Below, one piece after another: positions 58,348 through 64,000 of a stretch of 64,000 bases of DNA. Position 1 is the stretch's first letter. The number at the start of each line of letters is the position of its first letter. Made by a program: the position numbers and the translations under genes. The DNA lies in IMG/VR virus record IMGVR_UViG_2648501449_000003; one strand, written 5' to 3'. Source of the DNA: an uncultured virus (IMG/VR IMGVR_UViG_2648501449_000003) (Duplodnaviria; Heunggongvirae; Uroviricota; Caudoviricetes). The notes beneath the pieces are model-generated. The model was not told the origin of the DNA. It made no database searches and was given only the letters and a program-made list of their open reading frames with translations.

Positions 58348-58695
58348 GTGAACATGGCCGACTGGCAGCTGCCGCCACTTGCTCAAGACGGCTGGGGCCT
58401 AGCGACCTGGGTAGTAATAGCATTCGTCGTCATGTGTTTCCTCGGCATCCTGTGGACGCTGCAACACTTCGACCTCAAAGCCATCCGGCACCAAACAGAG
58501 AACTCCCACGACACCAACCTGCGTGACGACATCGACGAGATACGCGAGATGGTCCGCGACGGAATGGCCGACATCCGCAGCGATATCTCCGGTATCCGAA
58601 AAGACATCGGAGGACTGCGCGGAGAGCTGCGCACCGAACGCGAAGAACGCATCGAATCCGACGCCCGCATATGGCGGGGACCCTGGAAGGCTTAG
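58348..58695 (+). CDS. DUF2746-like membrane/coiled-coil protein
   Basis: NSHDTNLRDDID...DIGGLRGELRTEREERI. Confidence 0.75.
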   Translation: MNMADWQLPPLAQDGWGLATWVVIAFVVMCFLGILWTLQHFDLKAIRHQTENSHDTNLRDDIDEIREMVRDGMADIRSDISGIRKDIGGLRGELRTEREERIESDARIWRGPWKA

Positions 58696-58736
58696 ACCCC
58701 GCCGTTAGCGCTTACCGCCAATAGAATTGGGGTATG
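58693..58736 (+). repeat. 44-bp module, copy 8 (divergent)
   Basis: TAGACCCCGCCGTTAGCGCTTACCGCCAATAGAATTGGGGTATG. Confidence 0.75.
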
Positions 58737-58988
58737 ACAGCGGGGCAATGGTTTGGAACCGTTCTTATGATCGTGTTCGGAGTGTGGTTCGTTGGATTCA
58801 ATATCCTCCTTTGGGTAGGCGACCGCATAGATAAACGGAACCGCGCCGAACTGGCAGACATCAGTCGGGACTTCGACGCGCTAGGCCCAAATCCGAGCCT
58901 TGAGGAGATGCAGCCAGCGCTAGATCGTCTCGCCGCCTACCGAATCAGGTTTGAGAACTGGCGCTCGCCCACCAGTAATCCGACCTGA
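58734..58988 (+). CDS. membrane protein
   Basis: N-terminal TM helix; started by copy 8. Confidence 0.65.
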   Translation: MTAGQWFGTVLMIVFGVWFVGFNILLWVGDRIDKRNRAELADISRDFDALGPNPSLEEMQPALDRLAAYRIRFENWRSPTSNPT

Positions 58989-59007
58989 GCCCCCTCGCTT
59001 CACAGCC

Positions 59008-59058
59008 GCCCCCGGCTCCCGTGCTTCCCCCCAGCATGGTTGAGCCGGGGGCTTTTTT
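59008..59058 (+). terminator. intrinsic terminator
   Basis: GCCCCCGGCTC...GAGCCGGGGGC-TTTTTT. Confidence 0.85.
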
Positions 59059-59151
59059 GCGTTGTGGACCTGCGGCGATGCTTCCCAGCAACGGGGTGCG
59101 GTGGCCCGTAAGGGCTCTCGGTATGCTCTCTAGGCTCGGAGCGAAAACCGT

Positions 59152-59174
59152 TAGGCTACAGTCTAGGCTACAGT
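59152..59174 (+). repeat. tandem direct repeats, putative integrase arm-type sites of attR
   Basis: TAGGCTACAGT x2, 41 nt upstream of the tRNA. Confidence 0.6.
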
Positions 59175-59215
59175 TGGCTTAGGATTTAGTCAGGAAATAC
59201 GCCCTGAGCAGCGAT

Positions 59216-59289
59216 GGGGCGGTAGCTCAGTTGGTTAGAGCCGTGGACTCATAATCCATTGGTCGCGGGTTCGAGCCCCGCCCGCCCCA
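59216..59289 (+). tRNA. tRNA with CAT anticodon (probably Ile2/lysidine type, often annotated Met)
   Basis: GGGGCGG/CCGCCCC acceptor stem, D arm GCTC/GAGC, GTGGA-CTCATAA-TCCAT, TTCGAGC T loop. Confidence 0.93.
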
Positions 59290-59332
59290 CTTCATCGGCT
59301 GTTTTTGGCGTTTGTAGGGTCCAATCCATCGT

Positions 59333-60502
59333 TTATTCATCGCTTATGGTGGCGTCTAGCAGGTCTGCGACCTCGTGATGCACCTTGCCCCTGGCCATGT
59401 AGCGGTCCTGCGTCATGCTGACTTTCGCGTGTCCGAGCTGATCGGCTCCGACCCGTGCAGACAACCCGTTGTCATCGATCAGGGTGGCCATCGTCTTGCG
59501 GAAAGAGTGGGTAGTGACCCCGGGGACGCCCAGGTCGTCGCGTACGGCACGCCACTGTTTCCCGAAGTTGTTCGGGTCGCGCCATGTGCCCGCCGTGGAC
59601 GGGAAGATCATCAGCTGCTGACCGACGTAATCGCGCCCTTGCCGATGACGAAGCGCAGTGACGGCAAACGAAGGCAGCGCCACCGTGCGCATGCCTGCTG
59701 CCGTCTTCGCCTCATCGATCCGCTGCAGACCCGCACCAGTTGCACGGACCAACTTGCCCGTCACTGTGAGGGTGCCTGCATTGGCGTCGAAGTCCGACCA
59801 CCTCAACGCCAATAACTCGGATCGGCGGAGCCCGGTCGCCATCAGAATGATGAGTGGGTCAGCGAGGTCGTTGCCTGCGCAGTATTCGGATGCTCGGATC
59901 TCAGCGAGTAGCGTTCGCAACTGATCAGCGCTCAGGGCTGTTGCGCCCTTTGGCCGTGTCTTGCTTCGCAGCGATTGCACGTCACGTACGGGATTGGCTG
60001 GGATCACGTTGGCCATGACCGCAAGCTGGAGGCCACCCTGCAGGATTGTTTTCGCTTGCCTGGCCATCGTTGTGCCGTGGGCGGTACGCATGGACCGTAG
60101 GGCCGCGTCCATCCTCGCGGCGTGAGCTTCGCTGACTCGTACGCCGCCGAGGAAGTTTCGGAGTTTGTCCGATGCGAACTTGTACGTAGCGACAGTGGCG
60201 GGGGACCGGCCGTCATCTGACAACCGTCCGATGTGTTGATCGACCAGCGCCATCACGAGCGTGTCGTAGCCGATGGTGTCAGTATCAGCTGGAAGCCGAC
60301 GGTCGGACAGTGCTTCGATGAGCGCATCCTCGGCTAGCTTGCCGTGCTTGTCGAAGTCATCGACCGGACCGCGTCGTTCAACGATTCGTGTGACCCCGTC
60401 ACTGTCTCGATAGCGGCATCGCGCTACCCAAACGCCGCCGCCGACATACTGTCGGCTGATCTTGCCGTGCTGCCCAATTCGCAGCGGAGGTCGTCCTGCC
60501 AC
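59333..60502 (-). CDS. tyrosine integrase
   Basis: TGLRRSELLAL, K, HSFRKT, LGHA, Y catalytic residues. Confidence 0.95.
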   Translation of the reverse strand: MAGRPPLRIGQHGKISRQYVGGGVWVARCRYRDSDGVTRIVERRGPVDDFDKHGKLAEDALIEALSDRRLPADTDTIGYDTLVMALVDQHIGRLSDDGRSPATVATYKFASDKLRNFLGGVRVSEAHAARMDAALRSMRTAHGTTMARQAKTILQGGLQLAVMANVIPANPVRDVQSLRSKTRPKGATALSADQLRTLLAEIRASEYCAGNDLADPLIILMATGLRRSELLALRWSDFDANAGTLTVTGKLVRATGAGLQRIDEAKTAAGMRTVALPSFAVTALRHRQGRDYVGQQLMIFPSTAGTWRDPNNFGKQWRAVRDDLGVPGVTTHSFRKTMATLIDDNGLSARVGADQLGHAKVSMTQDRYMARGKVHHEVADLLDATISDE

Positions 60503-60525
60503 AGGTGTTTCTTCCGTTCGTGGTG

Positions 60526-60738
60526 CTAGCGTGCGTCGAGCACGGCGTCAGCGTCCGACAACAGGGAATTTTCCCATGCCACAACGTCGGACAAGCGGTA
60601 GCGGACGTGCCTGCCGAACCGTGCGTAGCGCGGTCCAGTTCGCTTCGTCGCCCACTCCGCTGGAGTCTTCGCCGGTACATTGAGGCGCTCGGCAAGTTCT
60701 TTCCTGCTCAGCCAGATCGATTCGTTCGTTTCGCTCAT
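60526..60738 (-). CDS. excisionase/AlpA-like HTH protein
   Basis: LSRKELAERLNV...GPRYARFGRHVRYRLSDV. Confidence 0.85.
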   Translation of the reverse strand: MSETNESIWLSRKELAERLNVPAKTPAEWATKRTGPRYARFGRHVRYRLSDVVAWENSLLSDADAVLDAR

Positions 60739-60880
60739 GCAGCCATCGAAACTGGTCCCTGTAATCCCTGGTCGACCGATACTGGCTTCCCTGTAATCGA
60801 CTCCGGGACAGTGCTTTCCTGATCGTGAAGACACGATCAGGCGGCGATCATCGCCGGGAGAACGATAAGGACCGATCACG

Positions 60881-61259
60881 GATGGCATCAATGCCCTCAC
60901 CGCCGAAGCGGAGCATTAACTCATGGCGTAGGACGTACCAATCGGTCTGGGACGAGCACGCGTTGAACTACCGTGCTCATGACGCGTGGTTCCGCGTCTT
61001 TGCTTTCGCGGTGGCGAGGGCCGGGGCTAACGGGCATGCACCGTGCCCCCAAGGTGAGATCGCAAAGGTGCTCGGTCGCCCGCGTAACGAAGGTATGTGG
61101 ATTCCAGCATCTCCCAGTGGTGTTTCGCAGGCAATCTCGCTCGCGAAGGAAAAAGGGTTGTTGCACAACACCTCTCACGCACGGTGCTTGGTTCTCCCTT
61201 CGCATGCTTGGGCTGGAGGATTGGGGTCAGCGGTCAGGCAGTGCCCGGTACACGGATAA
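60881..61259 (+). CDS. hypothetical wHTH-like protein
   Basis: GEIAKVLG...SQAISLAKEKGLL. Confidence 0.5.
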
Positions 61260-61578
61260 CGCTCGCCACCACATGCGACGTGTGACAAGGCTAAATAGAT
61301 ATAGAACCGGTCGCTGTTTCCGCAGGTAGAAGAAAATTTCCTTTAGGCGGAGCCGCAAGCGGATTGCGGTGCGTCCTTCTGTTCCGCCCGGCGTGGTTTT
61401 CGATTGTCCGTCTTGGTCTGGTTGCTGTATCTGCAGGTCGCGGCGATCAGGAGTATTAGGCAATCAGGTACGAAATCTCCTCCCGTGCAATAGAAGACAA
61501 AGTCATTCACTGCGTCTACGCTGCGCAAGCAACATCTTTCACCGTCAGCGTGGAGAGGCATAGAGGAAACGAGCAGCC

Positions 61579-61965
61579 GTGTCTGAATCACGTATACAAG
61601 CGTTGGTTATCCGACCTGATCAGGCTTACGAAGTCCGCAAACTTGACGACAAGCCAAGCGCCTACAGAAAGCTGGTCGGCGACACCGATGGGACCTTCGA
61701 GGTCGCCAACATCACCATCTGGTGCAGCAACAGGCCGGGCCCGTTCAACTCGATGGCCAGCTTCCTCTGGTGGAAGCTGGAGCCCGCTATCGCCGAACTC
61801 GAGCGCCTGGACGGCACTGTCGTCATCACCGGTCTACCCGACGAGGCTGGCTACCCCACGCCCCTCCCTGACAACATCCTGGAGACGTACCGCAACCTGG
61901 AAGCCAGCCAACTGCCATGGCGCTTTCCTACCGACGAGGGCGGCGAATCAAGCGACGCTCGGTAG
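61579..61965 (+). CDS. DUF3846-like protein
   Basis: ALVIRPD...FNSMAS...LDGTVVITG. Confidence 0.55.
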   Translation: MSESRIQALVIRPDQAYEVRKLDDKPSAYRKLVGDTDGTFEVANITIWCSNRPGPFNSMASFLWWKLEPAIAELERLDGTVVITGLPDEAGYPTPLPDNILETYRNLEASQLPWRFPTDEGGESSDAR

Positions 61966-62275
61966 CAACGGATCGGCGACGTACGCGGGGCCGCGACATG
62001 CACATGTCAGGTGTGTAGCAGGTTTGCGGCAGGAGGCATGAGCCGAGCTGCGACCGGCTCTCATTGAGCATCGCTTTGCCCCCGAACTGGAAAGTAGGAG
62101 CAAAAGTCCTGCCCACCCCAATGACCTAAGGTGTTCCCGAAGCGGATTGAAAATGTAAGCGGTCCATCGAATTCCGCTGGGGAGAGGGGGCCGGATTTGC
62201 GTGAGTGTCTGGTGTAACAACGGCTTCAGGGTGCCCCCCCAGGCGACGAAGTAGAGACACTCTAGAGGCAGGAAG

Positions 62276-62938
62276 TCAATCGTCGAGGTGGTCGGAGCGC
62301 ATCAGCGTCTTCCTGAGCCCCTTACAGACAAGCCATTCGAGAGCTTCAGTACCGAGAGAATCAGGGCTCGACAGGAGGATGCGGTGCATGACGTCTCGGT
62401 CTTGCAGCGCAGGCGGCAGTCCTGGCGGTAGTTCATCGACTGTGTCGAGAAAGGCCGTGACCATCTCGGGCCAATCCGGGCCGCTCCACCAATGCGGCGC
62501 AACCAGGTTCGCGAAGGTCACGTACTTCACCAGTACTTCCCTCAGCCCGTCCTCGGAGATCTGGTTTGAAATCCATTCCGCCTTCTTCTGAACCGCGCCG
62601 CACCACTCTTCGTAGTACGGTCCTAGCAGGTCAGTGACATCGCGATGGCACAGCTCTGTGCCTTCCCAACGTCCAACGCGCAGCTGACCAGGTTCCGTCA
62701 ACCGTTGAACGACGCGTTCCAGGTCGAAACCTGATCTGAACTCTTCCAACATGATTCGTGTGACCTTGATGTTGGCCGCGAACATCTCTCCGTCGCTGAT
62801 TCGCCGTATTCTGTGCGGAGGTCTGTGGATGTGTGCCTCTTCGACGGTTGACCACTGGCCGCGCCAGAAATCGTGGGCTAGCCCGATCGCTATCAACCCG
62901 TCAACTTCGTCTGTCGACAATTCCGTCGGCCGGCTCAT
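62276..62938 (-). CDS. hypothetical protein
   Basis: 220-aa ORF coupled to the resolvase. Confidence 0.7.
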   Translation of the reverse strand: MSRPTELSTDEVDGLIAIGLAHDFWRGQWSTVEEAHIHRPPHRIRRISDGEMFAANIKVTRIMLEEFRSGFDLERVVQRLTEPGQLRVGRWEGTELCHRDVTDLLGPYYEEWCGAVQKKAEWISNQISEDGLREVLVKYVTFANLVAPHWWSGPDWPEMVTAFLDTVDELPPGLPPALQDRDVMHRILLSSPDSLGTEALEWLVCKGLRKTLMRSDHLDD

Positions 62939-63549
62939 TGGTCCTCCTTACCTGCGTGAAGATCCTCGGCCAGCACCCGATAGACCGTTGCCCGGCTCAC
63001 ACCGAGTGTGTTCGCGATTGTCAGTACGGGCTCGCCTGCTAGGTGCATACGTTGCGCCAATGCAGCCTTTGCGTTGTCAAGAGCTTTTGGTCGACCGATG
63101 TGCTGGCCCCGCGCCCGACGGGACTCTCGTGCCGCAGCTCGGCGCTCTCGACCAAGCTCGAGCTCGAGCTCAGCAAGGCTCGCTAGCACCCCAGCGATCA
63201 TGCGGCCGGTTGCATTTGAGCTGTCGATGCCTTCACGGAGAGAATGCAACACGATTTCCCGCTCGGCTAGGTCGCGGATGGTGGCCATCACCTCCGCTGC
63301 ATTCCTACCAAGGCGATCGATGCCAACGACGACGATGCCGTCGCCGGGGCGGGCGTAATCCAGTAGGGCGGCAAGACCTGGACGCTGCTCACGTGTGGAG
63401 GTCCCCGACAGTTTGTCTTTGTAGATGCGGTCGGGCCCGACTCCGGCTTCGGTCAGTGCGTCGAGTTGCTGGTCCAGGGACTGATGAGCGGTGGACACTC
63501 GCGCGTAGCCCAGCAGTACACCAGTGTCGGCCGTCGTCGATGTGTCCAT
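62935..63549 (-). CDS. serine recombinase (resolvase/invertase)
   Basis: LGYARVST, RPGL, DRLGR, C-terminal HTH GVSRATVYR. Confidence 0.95.
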   Translation of the reverse strand: MDTSTTADTGVLLGYARVSTAHQSLDQQLDALTEAGVGPDRIYKDKLSGTSTREQRPGLAALLDYARPGDGIVVVGIDRLGRNAAEVMATIRDLAEREIVLHSLREGIDSSNATGRMIAGVLASLAELELELGRERRAAARESRRARGQHIGRPKALDNAKAALAQRMHLAGEPVLTIANTLGVSRATVYRVLAEDLHAGKEDQ

Positions 63550-63558
63550 TTTCCAAGC

Positions 63559-63693
63559 CTGTCTCAAATCTATCGCACATGCAAGGTTTTGCGACCATTG
63601 TTTTGAGGCGAGTTTTGCGACAGCTTGACCTCGGTGTATTTGCGCTGCTGTGATACTCGCCGGTCGCTGTCCGAAACTAAAGATTTGAGACAG
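63559..63693. promoter_or_regulatory. putative res site upstream of the resolvase
   Basis: Inverted repeats CTGTCTCAAATCT (63559) and AGATTTGAGACAG (63681); TTTTG(C/A)G repeats. Confidence 0.6.
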
Positions 63694-64000
63694 AGAGGCA
63701 GAGCAGCCTACGAAGCCCGTAGTGCAGTCTGGCTGGTGCCGCCTCATCTGCACTATCCGGAGTTTGTCGAAGCAACCACAGATAGTCCGAGTGGCGATTT
63801 GGTGTGCCCAGTTCTCCTAAGGTGATGGTGCTAGATGGCACACGACTACCCCGACGATCACTGTCGAGCGCAGGCGGAAAGAGGTCAACACAGAGTGGAT
63901 CTGAAGATTGATCATTGGATACGTGGGCAGGACGAGGACGGTGCGGTGTCTTTGGCTCGAACCCTGTGCATGGCCGAGCGAGGGCGCCTCGGACTGCCAC

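Larger units (their letters stand above)
1..59215. mobile_element. Temperate siphovirus prophage (mycobacteriophage-like); left end and integrase outside the window
   Basis: Repressor/cro, replication, terminase-portal-capsid-tail, lysin A/holin/lysin B in canonical order; ends at direct repeats and a tRNA. Confidence 0.95.
59290..64000. mobile_element. second integrative element/genomic island 3' of the tRNA (right end not seen)
   Basis: Tyrosine integrase ending about 45 nt from the tRNA, Xis, resolvase. Confidence 0.75.

Overview
Positions 1 to about 59.2 kb are most of a temperate siphovirus prophage of a mycobacterium. The host is inferred from gene content (DUF732, WhiB, lysin B) and from mycobacterial LexA and PafBC promoter motifs; the layout is reminiscent of M. 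abscessus-group prophages. The integrase and attL lie left of the window. Order: immunity/accessory region (DUF2510, DUF3263, ImmA/IrrE protease, XRE repressor), then cro and the early operon (ParB-like pair, Xis-like HTH, AAA ATPase, PAPS-reductase-like enzyme, replication initiator, two WhiBs), a HigBA-type TA pair, small accessory genes, four glycosyltransferases, packaging/head/tail genes, the lysis cassette, and a probable attR at a CAT-anticodon tRNA. Immediately downstream of the tRNA begins a second integrative element (tyrosine integrase, Xis, serine resolvase). The most striking unexplained structure is a 44-bp module, TAGACACCGC-N19-(T/G)ANAAT-TG(A/G)GGT-ATG, found 8 times on both strands. 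It supplies the start codon of a small accessory gene every time and the stop codon of the preceding gene in 7 of 8 copies, and four copies form a cassette-like array at 22.7-24.4 kb. All family calls come from reading motifs by eye; no searches were run.
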